Assembly: GCF_004010195.1 (NCBI RefSeq)
Contig: NC_057719.1
Location: 45,108,539-45,145,707, forward strand
From: Chiloscyllium plagiosum
Taxonomy: Eukaryota
Direction of reading: 5' to 3'
Length of the DNA: 37,169 nucleotides
Part shown: one piece after another, positions 23,391-36,271 of the stretch
How the letters are laid out: every line of letters begins with the position of its first letter
How positions within the stretch are numbered: position 1 is the first letter of the stretch
Position numbers and translations under genes: made by a program
Notes under the pieces: model-generated
Databases searched by the model: none
What the model was told of the DNA's origin: nothing
What the model saw: the letters and a program-made list of their open reading frames with translations, nothing else

Positions 23391-25822
23391 TATGATCTCT
23401 GTTACAACTCTCCTCCCTCACCACAAGCATTGGTGCACACAAGAGCATGTTAGCAAATACTTCCAGTTCACGTTGAGATGGAATCAAATCAGTATGAGAT
23501 CTTTTATTACCTTTGGTTTGTGGCCTGCAGGTGTCATTTTTAAAGTTGCTTGTGACTACTTCTGCTTCATAGAGATCAATCTGCAATGATGCACAATGTG
23601 CTTGTGCACATTGGAAACTGCATGTATATCATGGGGACAATAATATGATTTTAACTTGTACTGTGATTGCACCTGTGCCATCTTAGGGTCCTGTGGTACA
23701 GTGGCAGTCATTGGCACATGTGCATTCTCTAATGTCAACAGAAACTTCTTTGGTGGTTCTTTTGTTGTATAAAACCCACCACCAATCGGACCTTCCTCTA
23801 GATTTAGTTGGACAGGAAACCAATTTAAGGGCTTAACTTAGTCAGTTTCCCACTGGGGGCACATTTTATACACCAAAACATCCCGGATTGTTGCTTCCCA
23901 TCTCCAAGAGGCAAATCCAGCCCAATTTTCTAATTTAGGTCAAATTATGCATTTCTCAGTACTATTCAGTTATTACTAACTATTATTAAACACTCCATTA
24001 ATTGGTGAATTGTTCTGGCATTTATACCAGCGAAATGGCTTCTTATCTGTTTAGGAATCATGGTCAACATTCTGGCTCAAGGTACTTTTAATTGTAACTG
24101 GTCAAATATTTGTCAGAGTATTTGCTTGAATAGCCTTCCAGGGGAAGTATTACTACCCTTTATGTGAAGTAGGTTTGTTTAAGCTACTCATTTATTCCTA
24201 AATGTCAAAAAACTATTCCAAAAGTGTGTCTTACAGCAGAAATGTTATCACAGAGCTCGGTACTTGAAAGTTTTATGGCCCAGAATTTGTTGGAGATTAA
24301 CTGGTCTGTTTGGCCTGATCTGGCCTGTTTGACTTGTTTATGCTCTCTTCAGCTCGGAAATGGTTTTCCCTATGGTGATTCGGAATTCAAGGGATATGAG
24401 ATGACTTGCATTAAGAACATAGTACAACTTCCAGATTTTCTCAGTTGGAGCACAGTTGGAGATGTCTTTTTGTTTGAAAACATTGATTAATGCTTAACGT
24501 TTTAAATGACCCAGAAGACTCAACAGATCCCAAAACAATTTTCCAAAACTCTTATCACTGCACTAAATTTATGTTTCAGGTCAAGTCAGCTGCACAAAAT
24601 AGTTTCTCTGAGGGATTCTTAGAGTATTGCATGTTAGAATCAAATCAAGAAGTAAAATTACACTCAAGCAAAAATTTATCAATATAAATGAAATGCAATG
24701 TATTTAATTTTACATTGCATCACCTATTCCAAAACAATAAAAGGCTTTAATTTATTACTTTTGAAGATGAGTTTGTGATGAACAGCCTTAGATGAAGAAT
24801 ATACCTTAGACAGTACTGTAAGCCATAATGCAAGGACATAAAAAAAAATGAAGAGTACTCACCATTAGCTTTGTTTCAGGTTTTCTTAGCTTTAGTGGTC
24901 TTGCCAGCACAAAATATTTGTTAAGAAGTTACTCTTCCCTATTAATCAAGGCCGTCCAGTCACAGTCAAAGCACATTCAGCACTGAACCAGAGGACTGGA
25001 AAATTGCTGATCTAAACCCCCCCGCCTCCCCATTTAAGAAAGGAGTAAGGCAAAAGACGGGAAATTATTGGCCAATTAGCCTGACCTCAGTTGTTGGTTA
25101 AATTTTGGAGTCCATTGTGAAGGATGAGATTTCTGAATGCTTGGAAGCGCATGGTTAAAACAGGGCAAAGTCAGCATGGTTTCCCCCAGGGGGAGGTCAT
25201 GCCTGACAAATCTGTTAGAATTGTTTGAGCAGGTTAGACCAACGAGAGCCAATGGATGACATCTTTCTGGATTCCAGAAAGCCTTTAACAAGGTGCCGCA
25301 CAGGAGGCTGTAAAGTAAGATGGAGACCTATAGTATTAGAGACAAGGTACTAGCATGGATAGAAGCTTGGCATCTGGCAGAAAGCAGAGAGTGGGAATAA
25401 TAGGGTCCTTCTCAGGATGGAAGCCGGTAGCTAGTGGTGTTCCGGAAAGCTCAGTGTTGGGACCACAACTTTTCACTTTATGCATTAATGATCTAGATGA
25501 TGGAACTGAGGGCTAAGTTTGCAGATGATACAAAGCTTCGGTAGCGAAGCAGATAATATTGAGGAGGTGGGCAGGCTGCAGAAAGATTTAGACAGGTTAA
25601 AAGAGTGGGCAAAGAAGTATCAGATGGACTACCATGTGGGAAAGTGAGAGTTTGTGCACTTTTGTAGGGAGAATAGAGGCATTGACTATTTTCTAATTGG
25701 GGAGAAAATTCAGAAATCTGAAGTGCAAAGGGACTTGGGAGTCCTAATTCAGGATTCTTTTAAGGCAAACTTGTAGGTTGAGTCAGTAGTTAGGAAGGCA
25801 AATACAATGTTGTCATTCATCC

Positions 25823-26171
25823 TAGAATCCCTACGCTGTGGAAAAAGGCCCTTTGGCCCAACAAGTCTACACCGACCCTCCAAAGAGTAACCCACCCAGA
25901 CCCATTCCCCTACTACTCTACATTTACCCCTAACTAATGCACCTAACCGATACATCCCTGAACACTATGAAGATTGGCAATTTAACATGGCTAATTTACC
26001 TAACCTGCACATCTTTGGATTGTGGGAGGAAACTGGAGCACCTAGAGGAAACTCACACGGACATGTGGAGAATGTGCAAACTCCACACAGACAGTCATCT
26101 GAGGCTGAAATCAAATCTGGATCCTTGGCGCTGTGAGGTGGCAGTGCTAACCACTGAGCCACCGTGCCGTC
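25823..26171 (-). mobile_element. HE1-like V-SINE, full length, nested in CR1
   Basis: Minus strand GGCACGGTGGCTCAGTGGTTAGCACTG head, V-domain, and tail ending TAGGGATTCT. Confidence 0.9.
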
Positions 26172-26319
26172 CTTGAGGGGACTAGAATATAAAAGCAAGC
26201 ATGTACTTCTGAGGCTTCATAAGGCTCTGGCCAGACCACATTTTTGGAATATTGTGAGCAATTTTGGGCCCCATTTCTCAGGAAAGATGTATTAGCCATG
26301 GAATGGTCCAGACAAGAAT

Positions 26320-26438
26320 GAGGAGACAGTGAGGTCTGCAGATGCTGGGGATTAGAGTTGAGTGTGTGTTGCTGGAAAAGCACAGCAGGTTAGGCAGCAT
26401 CCGAGGAGCAGGAAAATCGACATTTTAGGTTGGAACCC
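26320..26438 (-). mobile_element. Penelope-like pseudo-LTR fragment nested in CR1
   Basis: Same family as 11568-11690 (GTGAGGTCTGCAGATGCTGG...GGAGCAGGAAAATCGAC); the hammerhead is truncated and mutated. Confidence 0.75.
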
Positions 26439-27012
26439 AAGGAATGTTTGAGCACTCTGGGACAATACTTGATGGAGTTTATAAGGATGAGGGGAGGGGG
26501 ATCTGATTGAAAATTACAGGACACTGAACAGCCTGGACAGAGTGAATGTTGGGAAGATGTTTCCATTGGTAGGAGACAAGGACTCAAGATCATAGCCTAA
26601 GAGTACAGGGAAGACCCTTTAGAATGGAGATAAGGAGAAACTTATTTAGCCAGAGAGTGATGAATCCGTGGAATTCATTGCCATGGAAGGCTGTGCAGAT
26701 CAGGTCATTGAGTATATTTAAAACAAAGATAAGTTCTTGATTGCCAAGGGGATCAAAGGGGCAAAAGCGGGAGAATGGGGTTGAAAAATCAGCCATGATT
26801 GAATGACAGAACATAAGCAATGGTCCGAATGGCCTAATTTTGTTCATATGTCTCTCAGTCTTATGGAGTACGGTGAAATGTGTGCAATGACACCACATAT
26901 GGTGTCATCTTTGACATAAAGTACATGGTTATAAATCTTAGGTATTAAAATAGGTTCAATACAAAAATAGAGAACACTAAAAGTTCTATGTCACAGTTCT
27001 TCATAGTATAAA

Positions 27013-27107
27013 TTAAAAATCACACAACACCAGATTATAGTCCAGGTAGCCACTGGGTCAGGATCATAGGACACAGAACTTACTATGATTTCTGTCCTAT
27101 GATCCTG
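27013..27107. mobile_element. Collapsed fold-back PLE pseudo-LTR remnant
   Basis: 27013-27044 is the inverted end of the 1073-1155 family; perfect 15-bp inverted repeat CAGGATCATAGGACA (27059-27073) / TGTCCTATGATCCTG (27093-27107). Confidence 0.6.
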
Positions 27108-27442
27108 TGGCACAGTGGCTCAGTGGTTAGGACTGCTGCCTCACAGCACCAGGGACCTGGGTTCAATTCCAGCCTCAGGCGACTGCCTGTGTGGATTTTG
27201 CACATTCTCCCTGCGTATGGGTTTCCTCTGGCTGCTCCGGTTTCCTCCCACAATCAAACCATGTGTCGGTTAAGTGAATTGGTCATGCTAAGTTGCCCAT
27301 CGTGTCCAGGGATGTTTCAGTTAGGTGCATTAGTCAGGCTAAATGTAGGGTAACAGGATAGGGGAATGATTCTGGGTGGGTCACACTTTTGGAGGGTTGG
27401 TGTGAACTTGTTGAGCCAAATGGCCTGTTTTCACGCAGTAGT
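27106..27442 (+). mobile_element. HE1-like V-SINE with well-preserved Pol III boxes
   Basis: A box TGGCTCAGTGG (27116-27126), B box GGTTCAATTCC (27160-27170), V-domain and CR1-like tail. Confidence 0.88.
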
Positions 27443-27598
27443 GTGGAAAAAAATAAATTTAAAGTAAGCAGTTATGGAAATATTTGAACTGTTACAGCAC
27501 AGTACAGTCCAGTTCCAAGTTCATAGAGAAAGGACAAATATGAAATTTGTTATTTTCTAAAGTTGATATCATCTAGGAAATAACTTTGCCATCCTATA

Positions 27599-27754
27599 AT
27601 AAACAAAGAAGTGCGGATGATGGAGATCTGAAACAAAAACAGAAAATGAAGGGATACATAAAAACATCAGATGAGGAGTCACTGGACTCAAAACATTAAC
27701 TCTCAGATGCTTCCAGAATTGCTGAGTTTCTTCAGCAATTTCTGTTTTTGGTTT
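27599..27754. mobile_element. Fold-back PLE pseudo-LTR remnant with dead hammerhead
   Basis: Inverted arms GAAACAAAAACAGAAA / TTTCTGTTTTTGGTTTC; CAGATGA-G-GAGTC-actg-GACTC-AAAACATT (27668-27697); possible TSD CATCCTATA / CATCTTATA. Confidence 0.65.
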
Positions 27755-28123
27755 CATCTTATATCGGTGTCATCCCCTCTGTTAAAGCCAACCCAGTACT
27801 TTGCCATTTAATTCAGCTGTTTGATTTGTAAAAACACTGAATTGTTTAGTGATTGATACATTGAATATTTGACCCATTCATCTCATGCACCTTAATTAAG
27901 AAAATAGCAAAGAGAGAAAGGTTGAGTATGTGCCTTGAATTAAACAAAGATTTGGAATTAATATGAAAAATGTCTCCTAACATTGAAGAACTGAGGCCTC
28001 AGAACTGACTTTTGTGGTTCTACATTTGTAACTCCTTTCTACTTTAAAAGTCTCCACTTAATAATTGTTGTGTGTTACTTACCAACGTGTATATTGTTTA
28101 ACAATGTTCTTATTCTGTAACTA

Positions 28124-28300
<177 letters not shown>

Positions 28301-29119
28301 TAATTCAATTGTCTTTATATTATTCTTTTGTTTGGTCTGCACTCTTTCTTCATGCCATAGAGAAGTTATTTTCTTGTGTTAAATCTCATGTATGTGAGTT
28401 GTAAGTGTAACAAACTTTTAGCTCCTGTCACTGCTTTTTGGAATTCGTAGCATTTGACTTGCCAAGATTAAAGGAATTTAGCACTTTTATTATAGACAAT
28501 ATATTTCTGAGTCTCTGCACTCCATTTTTATCTGTACTACTTAAAATTTATAGCCTGGGCATTTTTTTCCCTGGAACTAGAAATCATTGTATTCTATGAG
28601 TCAGTGATTGAATTACACACAGTAAGTAGATGAATACAGTAAAGCAATCCTTTAAAGTGTTAATAGATTTCTTTTTATCAGTCTAGTCGACAGCGTAGAT
28701 GGTGCTTGTAGACAATGGCAGTCACTTGTATTGGATCATCAAATTGCATTTCAATATTAAATCACATGCGTTTATCTCTGCAAATTGTTTGAATTATTTT
28801 TGTAATCCCAATGCCTACAGCAGCTGTACTGAAATGATAATATCCCCATGAGAGACAAAAAAAGTCATTTGCACAGATTTACGCAGGCAGTATTTGAAGA
28901 GAAAAAAAATGTAAGTCTGAGAACTAATTACCACCAATGAAACAACACCCAGAAATAAGAAATTGGACCTTGTCTTTACATTTAGCAGTTTCTTCTTTCT
29001 TCTTTCCCATTAATATTTCAAAAGTATCAAGCTGCTACATTATTATTCGAGGCCTTCTGTCTGAATTGAATTTGTACAAAATGCAATGTTCAAAACAACC
29101 AAGATTATTTTTTGTATTG

Positions 29120-29416
29120 AATCCCGACAGTGTGGAAACAGGCCCTTTGGCCCAATATGGCCACACTGACCCTCTGAAGAGTAACCCACGCAGACCCGTT
29201 CCCCTCCCTTATTAACCTACATTTACCCCTGACTAATGCACCTAACCTATATATCCCTGAACACTATGGGCAATTTAACATGGCCAATTCACCTAACCTG
29301 CACATCTTTGGATTATGGGAGGAAACCGGAGCACCTGGTGGAAACCCACGCAGACATGGGGAGACTGTGCAAACACCACACAGTCACTCAAGGCTGGAAT
29401 CAAACCCGGATACCAG
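29120..29416 (-). mobile_element. HE1-like V-SINE, 5' truncated
   Basis: Collinear with 25823-26171; a B-box-like GGTTTGATTCC on the minus strand near 29396-29406. Confidence 0.85.
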
Positions 29417-30057
29417 ATCAAAGAACAAAGGAGATAACCAGTGTTCACAACATATTCAGGCCAAAATTTGCCATTTCAGCAGGAATGTGTTGGAATAGTC
29501 ACAGCATATGCTGGAAACTAAATAGTCCATTGAGTGCTGACCTTGCCAAAGAGTTTGCTTCAGCTCAGAACTTTCATGAAGCTACTGATGTTGAATGATG
29601 TTAGGGCAGCAGTGACAATGATGGCTAGTATTGGCCAAAGATAAATGTTGCAACATTTAGGAATGACATTCGTAGGGTTCATGTTGGTGTCCGCATCTGG
29701 TGAAGAAGTCAGAGTTTAAGGTGATCTACCTGCTGAGGAAGCTGAGACAAAGCCAGAAGTTTCAGGGGAAGGGAGATGACTACTTTAAACACTTCAGTCA
29801 GATTATCATCAATGCATTCATACTACGAGGCTTTCTACACATTTTTGATGGCAGCTGCAGAAGTTGAGACCTTCAGTAGTCACATCTAATGTTATTATAA
29901 TTGTGTTTCATTATATGGCTCTGATTGATGTCAAAAGCATAGGAGATTCATTCTAAGACATAGAATGAATGCACTGCAATACATTGACTGAATGCATTAC
30001 AAAGGGTGAAATGACTGTCAGGAATAACTACTATACAAGGTCCAACATCAATATTCT

Positions 30058-30236
30058 ATGATAAAATAAAGACAAAGTGCTATAGAAACTCAGTCTGGCA
30101 AACAACAGGTAATGTTTTGAGTCCAATGTGACTTCACAATGCTCCTTCTCCTCCAAGTGTTGATGAACCTCCTGAGGTTTTTTGAGTACTTTCTGTTTTA
30201 ATTTCTGATATCCGGCATTAGCAGTATTTTGCTTTC
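30058..30236. mobile_element. Old fold-back PLE pseudo-LTR remnant with 13-bp direct flanking repeat
   Basis: ACATCAATATTCT at 30045-30057 and 30237-30249; degenerate inverted arms (AAAGTGCTATAGAAACTCAG / CTGAGGTTTTTTGAGTACTTT). Confidence 0.6.
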
Positions 30237-30612
30237 ACATCAATATTCTGTTGTTGTTCACATGACAAATGTGGCATTGATAGGGAAATAGTTTGAAATG
30301 TCGTGCAGAAGCACCACTAGATCTAAGGACAAATGAGAGAGATTATTCCAATCAAAAAGTAATGGGAGTATTACAGGTTGCATGTCTAAAGTTCAATGAA
30401 TCACAGTTTCACTTTTAAAATTATGGCTAAGGACAGAAACCACTCAGCTGCAGAAGGGGAACTCCAGCACTACTTCATGATCTGTTAGAAGCCATCTTTG
30501 GACATGTGTGAACTTCTTTTAATAATGATGTCTGAGTCATATGATTAATGTAAAACAACTGTGAAATGTCTTCTGACATAAGGTAATTGACAAACTCTTC
30601 TAAAATCATCTT

Positions 30613-31613
30613 AAAAACCGAAAAAACTGTGGATGCTGTGAATCGGGGACAAAAACATTGCTGGAAAAGCCCAGCAGGTCTGGCAGCATCTGTGAAGAGA
30701 AATCGGAGTTAACGTTTCTGAGCTGGTGAACCTTCCTCAAAACTGATGATAGTTAGAAAAATGTCAGTTTATGTGCAGAAGATAGGATGGGGCAGGGGGT
30801 TGGAGTAAACAAAATAGGTGCAGATAGAGTCCAAAGAGAGAGAAGGACAGTGGGACAGACAGAGGAATAGATAATGATCTGGCTGAGAGGGTGAATAGCT
30901 ACTAATGGAGACTGTTAGTGTCTAACAATAGGTACTGTGTAATGGCAGACTGTGAATAACAAGGTGTGGTGTGTGGGGTAGGGGCTAGGACATAGGGGAG
31001 TTCAAGCCCTAAAGTTATTGAATTTGATATCGAGGCCAGAGGGCTGCAGGGTCCCGAAGTGGAAAATGAAGTTTTGTCCTTCCAGCTTGCACTGAGCTTC
31101 ACTTGAGCACTGCAACAAGCCTGAGACAGAATGTTGGCCAGGGAACAGGGCGGTGTGTTAAAGGGGCAGGCAACTGGAAGCTGAGGTGTCTTTTTATTTT
31201 GCGGTCAGATGTTGTGCGAAGTGGTTGTCCAGTCTATGCTTCATTTCCCCAGTGTAGAGGAGACCACATTGTGAGTAGTGAGTGCAGTGACTAGATTGTG
31301 GGAAGTGCAAGTAAAGTGCATTTCTAAGTGAACATCTGAATTCTGCCCTCGCCAGTTTCCACTAACAGCTATTCACACTTCTAGCCAACTCATTTGTCTG
31401 TCGATCTGTTTTTTTTTCAGGGCTCTATCCTTACCCATCGCTTACTCCTTACTCCGTGTTCTTCCCCCACCCCCAATTACCTTCTGCATATAACTAACAT
31501 ATTTCTAACCACAATCAGTTCTGAGGAAGGATCACCAGACCTGAAACGTTAACTGTGATTACTCTTCACAGGTGCTGCCAGACCTGAGCTTTTCCAGCAC
31601 TTTTTATTTTTGT
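30613..31613 (-). mobile_element. Penelope-like element: GIY-YIG endonuclease remnant between inverted pseudo-LTRs, 15-bp TSD
   Basis: TSD TTCTAAAATCATCTT at 30598-30612 and 31614-31628; minus strand 31319-31002 gives HFTCTSHNLV/CTHYSQCGLLYTGEMKHRLDNHFAQHL...EAQCKLEGQNFIFHFGTLQPSGLDIKFNNFRA*; arms at about 30640-30914 and 31353-31613 are inverted copies. Confidence 0.9.
31516..31555 (+). ncRNA. Minimal type I hammerhead ribozyme, intact-looking core
   Basis: CAGTT-CTGAGGA-AGGATC-acca-GACCT-GAAA-C-GTT-AACTG: perfect 5-bp helix I (CAGTT/AACTG), helix II with one bulge, palindromic AACGTT helix III, and a GUU triplet with predicted cleavage after 31550. Confidence 0.75.
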
Positions 31614-31962
31614 TTCTAAAATCATCTTCCTAGGCTTTAGCTTCAAACGTTGCATAAACAGCCTCAAATCAGAGCAAGCAGGCCTGAAAGAGCATTGCCA
31701 TGCAAACCACTTCTGGGAGATGGCTAGAAAACCTATGCATGGCTGATATCTATGCCTCTCTGAGGAAGCAGTTTGCATGTTCCCTCAATTACATGATCAA
31801 CACCAGTTACTGCCACTAAAGGAAACTGCAAGTAAAAATTCTCCATCCTAACAGTCTGTGGCACAAACCCTAAACCAAATTAACAAGTTCTTGCGTGAAA
31901 CAACTTCAATTGATTATATTTCAGAAGCAAAACAAAGTTGGTAACAATAGTTTCCAAAGAAA

Positions 31963-32085
31963 AATTCTGAGATCTTGGGAAGCCTGAAATTAAAATATTT
32001 TGGGGATTGCTCAGCAGGTCAGACAGCATCTGTGGAGAGGAACAGTTAACACTTGAGATTGATAACCTTTTATCAGAACTGAAGA
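31963..32085 (-). mobile_element. Decayed PLE pseudo-LTR fragment
   Basis: CTCAGCAGGTCAGACAGCATCTGTGGAGAG...; minus strand CAGTTCTGATAAAAGG...GTTAACTG keeps helix I but the core is destroyed. Confidence 0.6.
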
Positions 32086-33065
32086 AAGATTGTGAGCTGA
32101 ATCTCACTATCTTCTCAAAACTTGCCTCCTTAACAATCTACCACACCCCTCAGGCACCTCTAGTCCAATTCTAGCTCCATTTTACCACATGCTGTTCCTA
32201 GAACAACTCCCATTCACTTGTTATTTTGGAATTGACCACAATCCCTGGTGATGCACTAATTTTTAAAGTCTATTATGCACCTGGACAAGCACTGTCTGAT
32301 AGAATTGTCCTGCATGCTTCCTGAAATTTGCCCCTTATTATAGCAGGCAAGGAGAAATTGGAGGCCGTTTTGCAGGCAGAAGCCCGGAGATCCTGGTCAA
32401 GGGGGTAGTTCAGATACTGGACTTCCTCACCCCATGGGACTGGCACAAGTGCTCATGAGACCACACAATGTCAACTTGGTGTGAGATTGCCATCTAGGGT
32501 TAGCACAGTGTTTGTTATGGACTCCTCCAAAATGCTATGTAGGAGGAAGGTCAGTGACCTTCCCCACTTCATCTGTGTAAGTGCCACAATCATATCGGTT
32601 ATATCTCACACACTTTTTATCTCTGCTATGTACACTCCTCCCAGCAAGGCTCGTGCTCTGCCAATCTCACTGTTGCCTGCGACACCTTTGCTACTTGCTC
32701 TTACCCACTCCAAGCCCCGACAGCATTAACCCTGCATGCCCTCAGCACTGCTTATTCCCTCACTCGGGCCATCTTCCCACCGGTGCCAAAATAATCACTG
32801 TGCCACGTGCTTTCATCTCCCTTTAGAGCTCTCCTTTTTTTTTGCTTTCCTAGGGAAGCAGCCCACAATAAGGCAGAAAGATTCAAAACAGGTGGTGGGC
32901 TGCTTGACGTTCGTCTCCTCCCCAATTATGTGGGCAGCATCCTGATTCTGACCACCCTGAGTGACAGGCTGGCTGATTGTGGCCAAGATCCTAACTGGTA
33001 TCAGATAGCTAAAATTCTCGACATCTGGTGAAATTGACAGCTGAATATTAATTATGAGAGTTGTG

Positions 33066-34167
33066 GCATTAATAAGACATTTAAGACATGAGATAACTTT
33101 GGCAAATGGAATTAAGGAGGAATCCAAAGAATTTTTACAAATACATTAAGGTCAAAAGGGTAACTAGGGGGAGAATAGGGCCCCTCAAAGATCAGCAAGG
33201 CGGCCTTTGTGTGGAGGTGCAGAAAATGGGGGAGATACTAAACGAGTATTTTGCACCAGTGGTGGATAAATCCCCAGGATCTGATCAGGTGTACCCTAGA
33301 ACTCTGTGGGAAGCTAGAGAAGTGATTGCTGGGCCTCTTGCTGAGATATTTGTATCATCAATAGTCACAGGTGAGGTGCCGGAAGACTGGAGGTTGGCTA
33401 ACGTGGTACCGCTGTTTAAAAAGGGTGGTAAGGACAAGCCAGAGAAGTATAGAGCAGTGAGCCTGACCTCGGTGGTGGGCAAGTTGTTGGAGGGAATCCT
33501 GTATTTGGAAAGGCAAAGACTGATTAGGGATAGTCAACGTGGCTTTGTGCGTGGGAAATCATGTCTCACAAACTTGATGGAGTTTTTTGAGGAAGTAACA
33601 AAGGGGATTGATGAGGGCAGAGCAGTAGATGTGATCTATATGGACTTCAGAAAGGCGTTTGACAAGGTTCCCCATGGGAGACTGATTAGCAAGGTTAGAT
33701 CTCGAGGAATACAAGGAGAACTAGACAATTGGATACAGAACTGGCTCAAAGGTAGAAGACAGAGGGTAGTAGTGGAGGGTTGTTTTTCAGACTGGAGGCC
33801 TGTGACCAGTGGAGTACCACAAGGATTGGTGCTGGGTCATCTACTTTTTGTCATTTATATAAATGATTTGGATGCGAGCATAAGAGGTACAGTCAGTAAG
33901 TTTGCAGATGACACCAAAATTGGAGGTGTAGTGACAGCAAAGAAGGTTACCTCAGATTACAACAGGATCTAGACCGATGGGCCAATGGGCTGAGAAGTGG
34001 TACAATTGCAACATTTTAAGAAACATTTGGATGGGTATATGAATAGGAACAGTTTGGAGGGATATGGGCTGGGTGCTGGCATGTGAGACTAGATTTGGTT
34101 GGGATATCTGGTCAGCATGGACGGATTGGACCGAAGGGTCTGTTTCCATGCTGTATGTCTCTATGAT
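33066..34167 (+). mobile_element. CR1-type LINE RT fragment (288-aa open frame) joined directly to its 3' end
   Basis: ORF 33106-33972 has VPEDWRLANVVPLFKKG, SCLTNLMEFFE, DFRKAFDKVPH, SGVPQG and FADD motifs; at about 33998 it jumps to TGGTACAATTGCAACATTT and the 3' tail ending TCTCTATGA. Confidence 0.93.
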
Positions 34168-36271
34168 AACAAAATAATCCAGTTTAATTGGTAGCTATGT
34201 GTCTAGCAAAAAAAAACTTGCCTCCCATTTGACAGATACATAAAAGAGGCAGTGAGTTGCTCCCAATTTGGAGATAATCATCACGATACTAACCCTTCTC
34301 CACACATCTCATCATAGCCCACTCATAGAGTGATACAGTACATACAGCACTGTGCCTAAAGCCTTAAGTGCTAAGATAGAGTTTATAATCTAACATTGTT
34401 GAACTTAATTTTTTGCAGAAATCTGTTGAATTCTGAGATTGAAAGATGAGATGCAGTCCATTCAGCTTGTGGTGTGTCTTTATTGTAACACTGTAGCAGG
34501 CCATTGAGAATAATCTCAGAATGGAAGCAAGGTGGAAGATTTAGTGTTCCAATGATTAATAATCCGATAATCCATTTCCTGTTATTACTCTGTCATTTTC
34601 TTTGATATTTATCCCTGCTGGTAAAACAATAGGCAGACAGTTGCTAGGCATTTACTGCACAACAATAATTCAAGGTCTTTAATTTCTTGACTGAATCTGA
34701 CGTGAGAAATCTTGAAGAAAACAAGGGGTGAGAATGGCACATAATTTTGCAGCAAAACAAAAATAAAAGCTAAAGCTATTTCTGATATTGAGGTATTTCT
34801 GAAGTGTTAAACAATATTATCATCAGATTAGTAAATGTTTTCAGACTTCCTGTCCTGAAAGTACCAACTCCTGTTGACCAGTTCCAGCGGTACTGGTAGT
34901 GAGTGTTGGTAAATGAGACCTTAGAGGATAATGAGTCATGTTGATCCTGTTTCCACCCAATATTCACACAAATATTTTGTCAAACATAGATGGCTATTAG
35001 CAGAAACCTTGGTTGATTTTTGTTCCTCTTTAGACAGAGACAACTGATAAAATTGTAGTGCACAATTCATGACTTTTGAGGTCAGCTAACCTAGCAATTT
35101 GGGAATTGTTGATGGACCCTTCTATCTGTGTGATTTACTGATGTGTTGGATTGTACTTTTACCCATAAGGCCAAGAGCTGAACCTATTCTTCCTCTTAAT
35201 GTGTAGAGCTGAACAAAGTAGACGACTGTATTCATTCACTTCAGCATTTGGTTACACTGCAACATTCCCTGACATTTCTAAAGTTGCTAATTTCTGTCCG
35301 TTCCAGATTCAGGTTTGTGCAGTTACATCTTGGTAGAGACACCACAAAGAAGTACGCTTTATTTTACAAGAAACTAGAGATCAGTTTATAGATTAAAATG
35401 CAATGTCTAAGTCTTTGTGCATCAGAGATCTTGATATACACATTTAGCACAGGCCTTTCATTTCCTTAAGCCTCCTCCACTATTCAGAAATATCATGGTT
35501 GATCGACTTACTACACCATTCTCACACATTCTCGTCTCAAAGTTACTCTTTATTTATATGTGGAAAGTCCATGACAGTGGTTTAGCTTCCTCAGAGCCAG
35601 CCCTCAGAATATCAAGGTGTCTGACACTCCTGCTTATATGTCAGCCAGAGTTCCCTGATTGGGGCTGTTTATCTGGCTCAATCAGGGATCTCGTATATTC
35701 TACCTGGCTGACCTTGTTACAATCACTACACTTATATCTTTCAATCAAGTGCTCTCTTTTCTAAAATCTGTTGAATACAATCTTAACTTGTCCAACCTTT
35801 CAACATAAGGCAACCCACCAACTCCAGATATTCATCTAGTAAACCACCACCTCCACAGTTGTCAACAATATAATTGATTTATGGGCCTTGAAATCCCTGA
35901 CTCATTATAAATTTCCAACATATGTATTATCTACAAACTAGACTTTTGACTTGCATTCACCACAAGCCAATCATTTGACCTTCGTTACAAGAGCAAAACA
36001 CAATGCATGCAGAAACTCTGAGATGAAAGCTGGAAGACCTCAATACATGTGGCAGCATCTTAATGATGGAATTTAATGGTCATGCTAGTGGGTCTGTTCA
36101 CAGGCTGGAAATTGGTAGCTAGCTCCATTGTGGCCATTTTGAACCCCAACCCAATTTATCATCCTTTAGATATTTGGCTATGAGCTCCTAAACATCCAAG
36201 AACATATAGCCCCATACATATTAGTATGGAATAGTGCTACCTTGTTCGAAGTTAGGTTCAGTGGGTAATCT

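Larger units (their letters stand above)
25030..26865 (+). mobile_element. CR1-type LINE RT-to-3' end, with nested SINE and PLE fragment
   Basis: FKKGVRQKTGNYWPISLTSVVG...SCLTNLLE...FQKAFNKVPH...KFADDTK; interrupted at 25823-26171 and 26320-26438; ends with a TCTTATG tail. Confidence 0.88.

Noticed and set aside
32290..33060. Cluster of short overlapping ORFs in a GC-richer patch
   Set aside because: No recognisable protein motif. It is probably an unclassified old repeat, with too little evidence to name.
33106..33972. Functional host or prokaryotic-type reverse transcriptase (retron, DGR, group II intron)
   Set aside because: The motifs are CR1 LINE. The copy is truncated, frameshifts just after FADD, and has several decayed relatives in the window.
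34430..34545. Another minus-strand GIY-YIG remnant
   Set aside because: Only a faint resemblance to 31060-31160; too degenerate to support without an alignment.
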